From NCBI RefSeq assembly GCF_004010195.1, contig NC_057728.1, forward strand, positions 45,417,419 through 45,481,418: a stretch of DNA of 64,000 nt, given 5' to 3'. This DNA comes from Chiloscyllium plagiosum. Lineage: Eukaryota. Positions 36,444-50,950 of this stretch are shown piece by piece. Under the pieces are notes generated by a model. That model searched no databases. It saw only the letters and a program-made list of their open reading frames with translations, and was not told the DNA's origin. A program made the translations under genes and the position numbers. Positions within the stretch are counted from its first letter, which is position 1, and every line of letters begins with the position of its first letter.

Positions 36444-37170
36444 AGTCAGAGAGTTTGACAGCACAAAAAGAGGCTCTTTAGGCCATTAACTATGTATCCC
36501 AGTCCCATTTTCCAGTATTAGGTCTGTTGCCATGTAAGCTAGATGGTCTCAAGTGTTCATGTGAATGTCATGATGGTTCTCACGTCAAACAGGCAGTAAG
36601 CTCCAGGCTGAAAACGTTCTCTGGCTGAAAACGTTCTCCCTTAAATCCATAGTAAACCTTCTGCCTTTACCTTACATCAATGTCCTCTGGTTATTGACCA
36701 CATGATTGAGGGGAAAACTTTTCTCCTATCTACCTTACCTATACCTCTTGTAATGTTTTAGACATCAGTTAGGTCCCACCACTCAGCCTTCTCTACTCTA
36801 AGGAAGACAACAACAGTCTATTTAGGTCACTCTTCACAGCTGAGCAGATCAGGCAACAGCCTCACAAATCTCCTGTGAACACTTTCTAGTGCAATCTGAC
36901 CTGCACACTGTACTCCAGCTATTGCCAAGTAAATCTTATACAGCTGCATCATAATCTCCCTGTGTTTGTATTCAACATCTTGACAAACCTGTTGGACTAT
37001 AACTTGGTGTCATGTGACTTTTGACCTAGTCCATCTCAGTCCAACACTGGCACCTCTACATCTTGACAAACAAAAGCAAGTATTCTAAATATCTTCAAAA
37101 CTGCCTTACCAATCTGTCTTGTGCCTTCAAGTGTCTGTCAACATGTCCACCAAAATCCATCTGATCCTCT
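36444..37170 (-). mobile_element. Older CR1 LINE 3' fragment, interrupted at 36989-37057
   Basis: Colinear decayed similarity to 34700-35420. Confidence 0.6.
36989..37057 (+). mobile_element. Family C 3' tail mini-insertion
   Basis: Reverse complement of 10420-10495. TSD acatcttgacaaac at 36975-36988 and 37058-37071. Confidence 0.75.
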
Positions 37171-37935
37171 GTGTTTCCATTAATCCACAGAGATCAATGA
37201 CTGAATTATGTGTGGTTTCACCTGAATGCTGAATTCTTATTTTATATTTTGGTAATTCTTAATCCTAAAACTTATAGAATTTTGGCAAAAGTATCTGTGT
37301 CTTTGTTTATGCTTTGACAAACTATAATGTCATCAGCCACTGGCCTATTCAAAACAATAGTGTAATTAATTGTTAAGCTATGGATTTAGTGTCTAGTTTG
37401 GCAGCAAGTTGTTATCTTAAGAATTCTTTTCTTCAAGATGTGCAATTCTGTCTTTATTTGGCCTATCGCCAAAGTTAAGTTTCCAGACAGTATTATTTCT
37501 CTTGCCATTTCTTCTTAATGTGATTGCTTATTCTTCTTGCTTCAGAAGTTTTCATTTTGCAGTATCTCAATTCTGCCTCCATTCTTGGCTTTAAGAGTTT
37601 TTAGTCTTGCACTATATCAATGATGTTTTGATCTACTTCTAAAGTAAATTATTAATTTGTTACATTTCTCTTGTGTTAAAGACTTTTAAACTTAGCCGCA
37701 TGGCAATACTCTATCTCTATAGTGTTTACTGAAGGTTAAAACAGAGGTTTCTTTGCTTTCGAGGGCAAAGTGTTATTTTCCCAGTTTTGCCTAGATGTAA
37801 TGGATGATTTCCCACCATTTATAGCTGAATAAACTTTTTCCATGATTTTCACAAACATGCCTCTGGGCTTAACAAATTGTTTCTGAATTAACTGTGATTA
37901 AATTATTGATTGCCTACTCTTATTGCAGTTGTTAT

Positions 37936-38045
37936 ATTCTGAAGAAGCATCTTTAGACTTGAGGCATTAACTATACATCTCTCTCCACAGATGCTGTGGA
38001 ATTTCTCCGGCACACTCTGTTTTCATTTCAGATTTCCAGCTTCCA
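37936..38045 (+). mobile_element. Short element, family B, decayed
   Basis: ttctgaagaag...ttaact...ctctccacagatgctg...tcagatttccagc. Confidence 0.55.
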
Positions 38046-38849
38046 CAAGTCGTCAGCTTGACTCAACACCATTAAAAAAACTTTACATCCATCCTAGTGA
38101 TAGACCCCAAATAGAAAAGATAAGCAAAATTGACTTAGACATGTGTGAACATCATCTTTTTACACATCTTAGATAAGAAGCACTCAGAGAACAGAGATGT
38201 GTCAACCATACATGAAAAGCAAATTCATTTCCTTATTTTCTGCTTTGTAACTACAATTCTGTAGCTAGGTACCTAAGAAGGTGCCATAAGTGGTGACTTG
38301 TAAACATCTCATTGTACTTATGTGAGTAGATATGACAGTCACCTAATTCAATTCAATTCAGTTACTTACAACGGGTCTGGAAAACCATGCATTGACATTA
38401 TCCATCTTATACGACAATGTAGTTCCTTGGGATAAACACCTATAACTTTTTACATTGTTTAAACGGCTGGTTCATGTTGGATCCACATATCATTATGATC
38501 CCTGAGGTAACAAAATTACTCATTGCAACACCAAAGATTCCAGATCACAACACTGAGTCTTCCATGATCAGGTTAAACTTTACCCAGACCAGATGATGTT
38601 TAGGTAATTTTAAAGGCTGAGTGTTGCATCTGAAAGGTGATGCCAACTACAGCATCAATCCTCCTCGTAACTGCAACAGAAGCATTGAAGACAAGTTTAA
38701 ACTGGAATTAGATTCCATGCAATAATTGAAAGCATTTGCAATGTCAGTCATCTACTGAATGGTGCAGCTCCATTAATTGTGCTTTGAAGAGAGATGGCAC
38801 TCTATATGTAGTTTAAGGCCAAGGCTATTGGATACTGGATTAAAGACAT

Positions 38850-39040
38850 GCCCACACAAGATCCATAGCCCATGAGAGCTTAATCCTCTTCACAGTTGGC
38901 AAACATTTCTCCAAGTTTGATGCTAAGAATGGATATAGCTTGATACATCTTTCCTCAGACTGATTGAAAATGACAACTTTTAGAAAACCTTTCAATAACT
39001 ATTGTTTCTCAGATTTCCATTTGAATTTTCCACTAGCCAG
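38850..39040 (+). mobile_element. Highly decayed LTR-retrotransposon (Gypsy-like) RT remnant
   Basis: ttctccaagtttgatgctaagaatggatat = FSKFDAKNGY, then MTTF..P.....F.RFPF-like sequence. Confidence 0.4.
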
Positions 39041-42000
39041 GATGTATTCCAACAAAAAACCATTGTAAATGATCTGTTGAAAGCCACTCATAAATGTTCC
39101 TAAGGAGTCGGATGACTGCTTGTGAAGATCCAGGGGCATGATATAAAAATACAGTAAAAAGCAGGTTCCCATATAACCATGTTTGATGCTCTTAGCCAAA
39201 TTCTGAGCCACATGAAAAGTGAAAAATTTCTTTCAACATAGAAATGGACATTATTAAATCTGGGTTAAGAGATCATCTCTCCATCACCTCATACAATGTG
39301 GTCATAGCTGAACACAGCAGATTTTACAAACTATGTTAAATGATGACCAGCTGCAATAGCTCCAAATGATCATAACCAGTCGGTCGATGGGACACATTGG
39401 AGAGGTCTCCAAGAAGGCTCATTTTGTCCAGTTGTTTAAAGGTTAGGATGCTTCAGGAATGTAATTGTTAAAGGCATACAACTGAAGTTCGAAGTCAATA
39501 TATGTAAATAGGCACAGAAGGAAGAGATTGGCATTTGAGTCCATGTAATAGCCTAACTTCTATCAACTGACTAAATTGTGTGAAACATGTTAACCCCATC
39601 AAACTCAATGATCGAAAGAACCTCTCATTCTACACAAGATACTTTCTGAGTCATGGTGCAAAATTGTGACTGATCTCTTCCATATTGGAAGGCATGATTA
39701 CCTTCTGACCATTACCTACTTTACCAAATACCAAATACAACAAATCAAGTATACCCACCAGTGCAATGATTGTTGACACATTGACCACCACATTCAGCAT
39801 GTTTGTTCTTCCCCACAATGTGTCTGACAAGTGTGATGTTTGTTGGTCAGCACAGACATGGTGGACTGAAGGGTCTATCTCTATGCTGTATGACTCTCTG
39901 TGACAAGTGCAACCTTTCAGGAAATGCACAGGAAATGGGACATCTAACATATTATTTATTATCCTCACTACCCTCAGTTTAACAGTCTTGCAAAATGTAC
40001 TGACCACATCATAAAATTCATGATGATCAAATATAAAGCAACTTAGCAACACTTGTGGATGGCCATGTTAAAACATAAAAATGATAGGGACCTCAGTCAC
40101 TGTCTAGAGAGCCAACAAGAGACTCACATCGCCTCCTCCAAGGAAGGCCTGCTGATATCATGTGTCAATCAGACAGTTGAGTGATGTGAGGTGTCTAACG
40201 GAGTCAGCACCATTGATAAGGGGACATAAAAGATCCCTTGCCACTGTTTGTCAAAGGATAGGGTGTAGCAGAGTGTGCCCACCTCCAACTCCCTCCCCCC
40301 AACCCTGCCTTTCTGGTCAATATTTATTCTTCAACCAACATTAATAAAGCAGGGTATGTCATTAATTTTTTTGTATAATTTTGCTATGTGCAAATTGCCT
40401 ACTCTTCTAACTGCAATGCAACTTTTATAAAATACAGTGTTAGCTGTACAGTGCTTTGAAACACCGTGAGGTCATGAAAGGCGCTATTTAAATTGAAGTG
40501 TTTTCTTTCCTCTATGATTGATCCCTCACAGGAACAATTCAAGCACAATCACATATGTGTAAATAGAACTGTTCGATTAAAGGGATTCTATTAAATGAAT
40601 CTACAAAGAAGAAAAATGGAAAAAAACAAATGTGTTTCCTTGTTGATTTTGGCAATGACCTATAGAATGTAGTCTAAATGTGAGCAAGAACTTTAACACA
40701 GTTTTATAAATTTTACAGGAACTACAATTATCTCTTTCAGTAAGAACAACAAATACACAACACAATAAATCAAGCTCATAAGTTGTAATCTAGATTTACA
40801 TGTAATATTTATTTTTTTAATTTTCAAATGTTTCGGTAAGATACATATGAATTTATGACAGTTTGGTATTTCACACTTTCTGTTTAAATACATTTTCACT
40901 GGCTCAAACATGAGGAAATATTATGAATTGTTCATAAATGTATGCTCACTATGAGCCTTGCAGTATGAGACTTGCTGAAATGTTACAATGCTGCGATGCA
41001 AGTCAAATTCTTTCTATCATTGCAGCTACAGCATACAACATAATGCAGGCATAGTCCAATCATACTCATTGAAAATATTGTGAAGGTTAAGTTATTTCAT
41101 TTTTCATTAAGATTAATCCTCGGCACAACATCATGGGCAAAAGGGCCTGTTCTGTGCTGTACTTTTCTCTGTTCTATTGGTCACTGCCTTTATCCCAACT
41201 TTGTAGTTGGAATTTTCAAATTGGACAGGAGTATAAAAATGGCAACACTTGGACACCCTGGTTGACTTTCCTGAAAGGAAAATCGTCCAGGGTGTTTAAT
41301 GGGTGGTTGATCCAATCTTGTCAGTTTTGTATGTCAGCAAGAGTTGAAAATTATGCCCCAGATGCTGAAAAGACTCCAATCCTGTGGGTGTCACAAAGAG
41401 CTTGACCTTCCCTGAAATCTCTCAATTTGTTTCTGAGTTGAATCCTGCATTCTGATGATGGAAAAAAAACTTCTTTTTCAAAGAAGATTAACCATTTTCT
41501 GCATTTACACCATATGTGGATTATCTGTAATTCATCAATAAAAATGTATGATTATTTGATAGATATTGATCCTGATTGTTTTAACATTACAAAGTCCTGT
41601 GACTGCATGCTGTTCTGTATTGTATTGTTGACTTCAGCAGTCTGGATAACAATTAATGGAACTAAGCCAATATCTGCAATCTGTTCAACATCAGGCAAAT
41701 CTCAGTATGAAATTATTAGTTTGTACCTGGGGAGTTCAAAGTGCTATCAGTATTGTTACTGGGTCGCATTTGTAAACGCTCAAAATTCTATAAATTGCAA
41801 ACAGCTACATCTTTCAAACTATATTTTAATTATGACAATTGATGGAAACAGAGAATGTGGGAACGTCCGTAAAGACAATCCCAGCTGCTGATAAATGTGA
41901 AATCTCTACTCTCCTAATCTGATTGGCCAAGACTGTTGTACTGCAACCTTTCTACATGAAAGCACATTTACAAATATTAAAGTATCTGCTGATACCAACC

Positions 42001-42950
42001 ATCCAATGGTAAATTACGATTATGCATGCTCATATCTGATTTTAAAAAATGCTCATGTGCATATACATGCCTAATATGAAGTCAATTTTTTTTTTAATTT
42101 AAAAAGTTCGATTTCAATTTTCTAATATTCACATATATTTATTCCTTTCTTCATTTTAAGGGATTTGTTAGGATTTTATTGTTGTTTATTTCAATTTATT
42201 TCAATATTTAGCTGACACTATGAATGCTCTTGGTTATCAGCAAAAACAGCTAATATTAAATGCACTGCAACATGAGAAAGTATTACTCTTAGAAAGAGCT
42301 TTCAAAAATACAGGTGTTGTCAATTAATTAGGGTATTTCTTCATAAGCTTTCAATTAATTCTCATCAGTACTTGCTTCAGATAAATATACAACTATATAC
42401 TCATAGGAATGCAAGAAAATTCATCATGTACCCACAGGAAAAATATGGCAAGTCAAAGGCTTTTTGTTATTGTTTTAGGTTTCAGAAAGTTAGTGAATGT
42501 GTTAAAAAATCTTTGAAATTCTTAGAGAAAGCATTTGACCTTCAACCTCTGAGGTATCCAGAATACACAGAGTGAGACTTTAATCTGCTTTCATTTTATC
42601 AAGGGGGCTGTTCCGTGTTCAAATTGACACACACACCCTGGTGGTTTAGAGAACAGTGTTCTCAGTGCTGCTCTGTCATTCATGGGTAATCCTTAAATCC
42701 ACAAAAAGTCGACTGAACACTTAGATGATCTTTCAAACTGTCACTGCCAGCCCTGCATTTGAAGTCAGTGCACTTAAAGGAGCAAGAAATGTAGCAAACT
42801 AGTATCTGTGATCATGTTCCAGTTAGCATGTCAATATACTTTTAAGAGACACCCTCACAAAATCATCCCATGTATCATAGCATGTGACCGGAGGGTATAA
42901 AGGTCTCAGACACCATCTTACCTTGTGAAGTTTTCTGCTCTTCCGTGACT

Positions 42951-43004
42951 GAGTGAGTGAGTGAGTGAGTGAGTGAGTGAGTGAGTGAGTGAGTGAGTGA
43001 GTGA
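42951..43004 (+). repeat. (GAGT)n microsatellite, ~13 units
   Basis: Read directly. Confidence 0.97.
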
Positions 43005-43334
43005 AAGAGAGAGAGGAAAGCAGTGTTACTGAATATGAAAGTGAATGGCTCTGAAATTGGCATATCAGCGTTGAGTTGTGTTGCAAGCATTGCTCGTACT
43101 TTAGTGAGGGTAAGCATATCTAGCCCAGTATTTTAAGGAGAAGTGGAAAAATCAATTATTTGGGTAACTCAAGCTGTCAATTTCATGGCATGAAAAGTTG
43201 AGAAAATATCTTAACAAAATTGATAAGCAACAATTTGAAATCTTCAGATTAACTATTGAATTGTGACTTAACAAAATGAATAACAGAGAAACAAATTTAA
43301 ACAAATTCCTGAGCATATATTAAAGTGAAATTTG

Positions 43335-44655
43335 TTTTTATTCATTCATTTTGTGGGAACTGGGTGTGGCTGACTGGCCAGCGTTTAATGCCTGTCCCTA
43401 GTTGTCCTTGAAAAGGTGATAGCGAGCTGCTTTCTTGAACCGCTACAGTCCACATTCTGTGGGTTGACCCACAACACCATTAAGGAGACAGGATTTGGAT
43501 CCAGCGACTGTGCAGGAATGGTGATATATTTCCAACTCAGGATGGTGAGAGGCTTGGAGGGGAACTTGAAGGCTGTGGTATTCCTATGTATCTGCTGCCC
43601 TTGTCCTTTCAGATGGAAGTGATCGTGGGTTTGGAAGGTACTGTCTGAAGATCTTTGGTGAACATCTGCAGTAAACACAGTTGCTACTGAGCATTGATGG
43701 CAGAAGGAGTGGATGCTTGTGGATGCAGTGCCAATCAAGAGGGCTGCATGGTCCTAGATGATGTCAAGCTTCTTGAGTGTTGTTGGATCCTCACTTATCC
43801 AGGCAAGTAGGGAGTATTTCATCACATTCCTGACTTGTGCCTTGTAGATGGTAAACAGGCTTTCAGGAGTCAGGAGGTGAGTTACTCATCGCAGTATTAC
43901 TAGCCTCTGATCTGGTCTTGCAGCCGCTGCATTTATATGGTGAGTTCAGTTGAGTTTCTAATCAGTGATAACTCCCAGGATGTTGATAGTGGGGTATTCA
44001 GTGATGGTAAAACTATTGAATGTCAATAAGTGATGGTTAGATGGTCTCTTATTAGTAATGGTTATTGCCTGGCATTTGCGTGGCATGAGTGTTACTTGCC
44101 ACTTGTCAGCCCAAGCCTGGATATTGTCTAGATCCTTTTGCATTTGGACACCGACTGCTTCAGTGCCTGAGGAGTCACAAATGGTGCTGAACATTGTGCA
44201 ATCATCGGCAAACAATCTCCACTTTTGACATTGTGATGGAAGGAATGTCATTGATGTAGCAGCCGAAGATGGTTGAGCTTAGTACACTACCCTGAGGAAT
44301 TCCTGTGGAGATGTCTTGGAGTTGTGATGATTGACCTCCAACAGCCATGACCATTTTCCACTGTATCAGGTATGAGTCTAACTACATGAGAGTTTTCCCC
44401 CTAGTATCCATTGATTCCAGTTTTGCTAGGGCTCCATAATGCAGTCAAATCTAGCCTTGATGTCAAGAGCTATCAGTTTCACCTCACTTCTGAAATTCAG
44501 CTCTTTTGCCTATGTTTGAATCAATGCTGTAATGATGTTAGGAGCTGAGTGGCCCTTGTGAAACCCAGTCTGGATGTCACTGAGCAGATTATTACTGAGT
44601 AGGTGCTGCTTGATAACTCTGCTAATGACACCTTCCATCACTTCACTGATGATTG
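43335..44655 (-). mobile_element. Second LINE family (CR1/L2 group), 5'-truncated with RT remnants
   Basis: ISEVMEGVI...LLSDIQTGFHKGHSAPNIITAL, LFADDCTMF, MQKDLDNIQAWADKWQVTL.P.KCQ, INILGVITD. 3' tail ends atgaatgaataaaa on the minus strand. Confidence 0.88.
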
Positions 44656-44702
44656 CGTTCAAAACGTAAGAACAGATGAAAAAAGTCCATTTTGTTATTT
44701 TA

Positions 44703-44805
44703 CAGTTCTGAGGAAAGGTCACTGGACCAAAGACGTTAACTCTGATTCCTCTCCACCGGAGCTAACAGACTTGTTGAGCTTTTCTGGCAATTTCTGTTCT
44801 TATTG
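44703..44805 (+). mobile_element. Short element, family B, starting at a hammerhead-like motif
   Basis: cAGTT-CTGAGGA-AA-GGTC actg GACC-AAAGAC-GTT-AACT. AGTT/AACT forms stem I; the GAAA box is decayed. Confidence 0.7.
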
Positions 44806-45411
44806 TTGTTATAGCTGCATTACAACTTGCTTTTCTCAGAGTATGCAAATAGTAAATTTTAAACATTTCAATAACTGTGGTGTCTTCCATAAATATGGTT
44901 CATGCATGGTTCAAATGACTCCACAATGTGTAGGTCATTGACCTACCAAACCAAAAAGCCTTGCTATAAGTTTTTACACTGTGTGTTTGAATCAAAAGAG
45001 TCTTAAAATTAAACAGTTCGTATTTTACAAGATCAGTCCATAAAACTAATTTTACAACCAAGTGGCAAATTAAAAACATTTCCCATCCTGAAGACTGGAG
45101 TACATATTGACCACTACATCTTATCAGATTCAAATTGCATTCCCTTCCAAACATAATCCCACATAGACTATTCCCAATGGCATATTTATAACATCACTTA
45201 TTCCCTGCCTGAATATTAGGTTCCAGGTTGACATTGTCAACTCCGAGCTGATGAAACTTCACTGAGCCATAACATGAGGGAAATTTGAAAAATGGATGAC
45301 TTTTGGTTTTAAATGATAACACTATAAAGCCCAAATCCAATCTACCTGAAACCTGTCCACTTCCGGCAATTATGTGCATGGAATTATAGGAATGACTGCT
45401 CACAAGAAGGT

Positions 45412-45752
45412 TTCTTTCATTAATTCACAGGATGAATGCATTGTTTGCTCGGCTATCATTTATTGCTCATCCCTCTTTGCCCAGACAATAGTTAAGAGTC
45501 AACCAGTGGGTCTGGAGTCACATGTTGGCCAAATCAAATAAGGACAGCAGTTTTTTCCCTCAAAGACTTTCGAGAGCCAGATGGGATTTCCCCCCAAAAT
45601 TAACAACAGTTTCAGATGATCATTAAACTCCAGGTTTTTATTGAATTCAAATTCTATCCTCTGTCATAGCAGGATTCAAACTCAGGCTCCGAGAATATCA
45701 CGTAGGTCTCTGGATTAATTGTCTAGTGATAATATCATGAGGCCATCATCTC
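45412..45752 (-). mobile_element. tRNA-derived SINE (second family)
   Basis: Reverse complement of 57661-58028. Confidence 0.75.
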
Positions 45753-48464
45753 CTCAGGTCTTCTATTGTTGAAAGAAGGGAGTGCCACATTGTCAGAGGT
45801 GTTGACATTTGGATGAAATGGGAAATAAAAAGCTCAGCTAAGTTGCTCTGCTAATCAAGTGAATGTTAAATATATAATATAGGATGACTTGAAGAATAGC
45901 ATTTGGAGCCTAACTGATAACTCCCCACTTCAGCCTGTGTATTACCTTGAGCAGAGTGATTTTTAGGCAGGCAAAAATGGTATTATTTGCTCTTTCTAGC
46001 ATCTTAATAATTTATCATTCCACTTTTATGAAGTATCTATAATGCGTTGTACTAATGGCAAATGCAGTATTATGCGAATGTTTGAAAACACATAATGGAT
46101 CTGTGTCTGTATAAAATGTCTTTAAATCATAGTACTAATATGACATTCAGAAACTATTCCCAAAATATCATCAATAAGGTCATGCTTAATGGACTTGGTG
46201 ATTTCAAAAAGATGGAAAACTGTATTTTTTCTGTGAACATTTAGTTCTTGTGCATAAATGTGTCAAAGTTTTGATCAATATCTCACTGTGCAGAAACCTC
46301 CTGATTGCAAAACATTATCTTGGAGCATCATCAAAATCAAAGATTCTTTGTCACTTCAAATAAATATCTACAGTTCACTCATGAGATCACATGATAATGC
46401 TTTCATTAAATAGCCCACAGTATAAACAGAATCTTATGTAAGCCCTTTATGTATGGTTGCAAGTGAAGAACAGAAGAGCTTCTTAAAATAATTATTCCTG
46501 ACTTAAGTCTGTAAACTGTGCCATAATACTGTATGAAGTCTCTTGTCAGCCTCATTACTATCCTTCCTTTTGCAAGTTTAAACCAACTGTCTGTAGCAAG
46601 GCTGAAAGAGACACTCCTTCTGCCCCTTGAATGTTTCTTTTGCTGCTCCTTCGTCTGTGTGGACCAGAGAGGAGTTGATGGTCGCATCACACCCTTTGCT
46701 CTCGCCTGTTCATTTCTTCCTTTTCACTCGTTATTTGTTGTTCTGCTAAAGCAATATATAACATTTATTTGACGTGAATTTGATATTTATTGCCCTGTTT
46801 GTTATCTTATCCAGGTCAGTTTGACTAATACACTCTGTTAATATTCCATACAACACATATGCTATTCTGATGATTTGTGATCTTCTTATTTGACTGGGAA
46901 CTTGGCCATCAAGGTGCCAATAAAACCTTCAAACAGACCATCTTAATCTTTCCATATTTGAATGCACTGTGGTGCCTATGTTTTTAAAGGGGATTGTAAA
47001 AACAATGAAATTACAGAAAATATTCTGTTTCATGTCTGTTAATGCACCAACAAAAGGCTTAAATAATAGATATTGTCCTCGTTTTTGATTTGCATACTTA
47101 CGATCTGCACAGTTCCAGCTGTGCTTTCAGCTTTTGCTCACATTAAAAATAAAGCTTGAACATTCCTTCTGATAATTGCAAAAGATCATCTCAGGATTAG
47201 TTTTAGTACTTTCCATTTGACCAATTGCAATCTGAATAACATTGTGAGGAAAGAATTTTGGTCTATTACAATCTTTTATGTTTAGAATTATTTGAATGTC
47301 TTGTCATTGTTGACACTGAAACTCAGGATTGGAATACAGTCTGGAACTTGATCTTCATAACCTACAGAATTTGGCTGATACTAAGTTTGCAAGTTTTCCA
47401 TTTCAGACTGTAGAGCTTGGCTAAACATTCTGCAAGGAATATGGAATTTAGGGCATTTTTTTCATTAAAAGGACTATATTTCTTGCTTCTGATAAGAGAC
47501 AAGAAAGACATTTGGAATTCTGATTCATTTGGAACTTTTCTTCTGGGAAGAATACTGCCCTCCTTTTCACTACCATGTTCACCAACTTCTCATGCTCTGA
47601 CATGCTTAGGTTCTGTCTATCAACGAACATGGCAGCTTCAGAATGCCAGTGCTTGTTCAGGTGCAAGGTTAAGGATGCTGTGATTGCAAGGGATGCCAGT
47701 CTTTCAGCAGATGTCCACTGAGTAGCTATTGTTTCGGGAATGTTGCCTGGCCAAATGAGGCTTGAATAAAACTGACAGACATCAGGTTGCAGTAGGTAAC
47801 TAATGTGGAGCATTTCATTATCATGTATGGCAATAGAATTCACTAGGCCCCACAACAAAAAAAACTCCTAAAACCTCAATGCACGTCAGACTTAGCCAAC
47901 AAAATGCAAGACCGGAGTGTTTGGTCCCAATAGAAAAATAGTCATCTACGCATGTTCAATATTGAACCTATGTTGCCTCCTCAGCATGCATTTAATTATG
48001 GTCAGCTCCGGAATCTGGAGAACAGACACTGCGTGCAGCTAGGAAGCTACCACAAACAGGCTATAAGAGCAGGTATCAGGTTCAAGGTATACATTCAGAT
48101 TGGTGGAAGGAGCAGCACTGTGACTTGTGTTATTTACTATTTACAAAAACATTACGGACTAGGGTAGCAGAGCACAGTTTAAGGACTGGTGATGTCAAAT
48201 TAACAGCACAGTTGATATATTGATATATTGTACATGATAAATGGAACAAATAACTGAATACATTAATAAACTCACTAAAATAATTTCACCTTTCAGTTTG
48301 AAGCACACCAAATGAAATTATTTGTCAAATTATGTTGCATAGCAATGCAGAATACATGCATTTACACGTTTGCATCCATCTATCAGTGGCATTGCTCACA
48401 ATGCAGCCAATTAACAGGCTGAACATTACTGTCAGAATGAGGCAGCCAATATACACAGGCTAAA

Positions 48465-48670
48465 CCCCCACTCACAGCAATGTGATAATGACCAGATAAT
48501 CTGTTTAATTAAGAGTTAATTATTGACCAAGACTCCCAGGGAGAACTCACTGTTTTTTTTTGAAATATTGTCACAAGATCCTCTACATCTACCTGAGACA
48601 GCAGCTGAGGCTTCGCTTTCAACAGTTCATCCCAAAGAAGGTATGTCTGACAGCGCATATTGGGCACCAT
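48465..48670 (-). mobile_element. Old Deu-domain SINE fragment
   Basis: cagcaatgtgataatgaccagataatctgttt...cagggagaactc...tctacctgag, similar to 13450-13640. Confidence 0.55.
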
Positions 48671-49214
48671 TCCATCAGTTTGTTTTCTGTGAATAAATAT
48701 CTGGAGCAAGGGATATTTAAAAACAACAACCTCTGATCCATTGACAAGAGTGTGATGCACTGTGTCCATTCTCCCAATTCCTTCAACTCCGCCGCATCTG
48801 CTCCCAGGAGGACCAGTTCCAAAAACGCACAACCCAGATGGCCTCCTTCTTCAAGGACCGCAATTTCCCCCCCGACGTGGTCGACGATGCCCTCCACCGC
48901 ATCTCTTCCACTTCCCGCTCCTCCGCCCTTGAGCCCCGCCCCTCCAACCGCCACCAGGACAGAACCCCACTGGTCCTCACCTACCACCCCACCAATCTCC
49001 ATGTACAGCGCATCATCCGCCGTCATTTCCGCTACCTCCAAACGGACCCCACCACCAAGGATATATTTCCCCCCCCCCCCCGAGCAGCATTCCGTAAAGA
49101 CCACTCCCTCCGTGACTCCCCCGTCAGATCCACACCCCCCACCAACCCAACCTCCACTCCCGGCACCCTCCCCTGCAACCGCAGGAGGTGCAAGACTCGC
49201 GCCCACACCTCCCC

Positions 49215-49277
49215 NNNNNNNNNNNNNNNNNNNNNNNNNNNNNNNNNNNNNNNNNNNNNNNNNNNNNNNNNNNNNNN
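49215..49277. other. Assembly gap (63 N)
   Basis: Run of n. Confidence 0.99.
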
Positions 49278-49537
49278 TGTCCAGCAGGGTAAGATAAAAG
49301 GTAGGGAGGAGGGACTTGGGGGAGGGGCGTCGGAAATCCCCCTACCTTGTCTCAGTCAAATCCATCGAATTCAGCACCGCCTTCCTAACCTGCAATCTTC
49401 TTCCTGACCTCTCCGCCCCCACCCCAGTCTGACCTATCACCCTCACCTTGACCTCTTTCCACCTATCACATTTCTGACGCCCCTCCCCCAAGTCCCTCCT
49501 CCCTACCTTTTATCTTAGCCTGCTGGACAAACTTTCC

Positions 49538-49577
49538 TCATTCCTGAAGAAGGGCTTATGCCCGAAACGTTGATTCT
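49538..49577 (+). ncRNA. Minimal type-I hammerhead ribozyme motif, core intact
   Basis: attc-CTGAAGA (49544-50) A GGGC-TTAT-GCCC GAAAC (49564-68) GTT-gatt. Confidence 0.7.
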
Positions 49578-50462
49578 CCTGTTCCCTGGATGCTGCCTGA
49601 CCTGCTGCGCTTTTCCAGCAACACATTTCCAGCAGTGTCTAAAAAGACACCCCTGTACATGGAGGAGATGGGACAATCCCTATAAAAACCCAAACAAAAT
49701 TTGGACAACTAACAAATATGGAAGTGCTTTAAGCAGTGTCCTTTTTTTAGGTCTATTTTCCACATTATGCCACTTGAAGTGGCCTTTGAACATCATTAAG
49801 AAATACTACTTGATTACAATTGTCCACTAGCCTCTTTATTCATTGAAGAGAAAAAGTATATTTTAGGTCATGAGGAATCCTACACTTGCAATATGCAACA
49901 TCTTTTTTTCTTAGTGTTGTTTATGACAAAAGCATGCTCTATGAGCAAACTATGCCATTATTCATCATGTCATATGACCTCTCTCTCCCCCATTAGATAG
50001 ATTGGCTAGCACCATCATCTTCCTGGTAGTGACCTACAAGATCTGCTTTGAGGGTCTAGCATGGGAGAGGAAAACCACTTGGTAATTTAATGTGAAGAGG
50101 GTATACTCCAAAAAACAATTTGTATATTGCATGATTGCAACAATATACAAGTTACGTAGCTGTGATAGCCTCTAACAAAGTCTATAAGGAGGACCCAGAT
50201 GGTCAGTCTTACTCTAATAATACACTAAGCTGCTCTCTTACCAAATCTTTCTGACATCATCATGGGTAATGCACAATGCAGTCCACAGCATGACAGTTTC
50301 AGGCCCTGCCTTACATCTTTATACAACAGAGGTCGCTGGAAATGAACAAAACAAAAATCAGGTAGGAATTAGATTTACACTATCATAGTAGACTCTTCAC
50401 AAATTGGAATCATACCCACAGAGGAAGATGGATATGGTTGTTGAAAATCAATCATCTTATGT

Positions 50463-50657
50463 ACACTGCTTAAAGTACTTCCATATTTGTTAGTTGTTCA
50501 AATTTTGTTTGGGTTTTTTTAGAGATTATCCCATCTCCTCCATGCACAGGAGTGTCTTTTTAGACACAGTGCATTGCACTCTTGTCAATGGATCAGAGGT
50601 TGTTGTTTTTAAATGTCCCTTGCTCCAGATATTTATTCACAGAAAACAAACTGATGG
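50463..50657 (-). repeat. ~195-bp inverted copy of 48672-48766 + 49640-49739
   Basis: Direct comparison. The copy lacks the Penelope insertion that splits the source. Confidence 0.92.
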
Positions 50658-50950
50658 GCAGCACGGTGGCTCAGTGGTTAACACTGCTGCCTCACAGCAC
50701 CTGGGACCCAGGCTTGATTGTGTGGAGTTTGCACATTCTCCCCGTGTCTGCGTGGGTTTCCTCTGGGTGCTCCGGCTTCCTTCCACAATCAAAAGATGTA
50801 CAGGTTAGGTGAACTGGTCATGCTAAATTGCCCATAGAATTAGGTGTATTAGTTAGGGGGAATGGGTCTGGATGGGTTACTGTTCGGAGGGTTGGTGTGG
50901 ACGTGTTAGGCCGAAGGGCCTGTTTCCACACTGTAGGGAATGAAATCTAA
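50656..50950 (+). mobile_element. HE1-type SINE
   Basis: gggcagcacggtggctcagtggtta...ggccgaagggcctgtttccacactgtaggga. Confidence 0.9.

Larger units (their letters stand above)
48767..49634 (+). mobile_element. Younger 5'-truncated Penelope-like element spanning an assembly gap
   Basis: SQFLQLRRICS...MASFFKDRNFP.DVVDDAL...RTPLVLTYHP...FRKDHSLRD...PCNRRRCKT, homologous to 18220-18680 but retaining CpGs. TSD GTGTC at 48762-66 and 49635-39. Confidence 0.9.

Noticed and set aside
36607..36639. 17-bp tandem duplication ggctgaaaacgttctc
   Set aside because: Ordinary slippage duplication within a decayed LINE.
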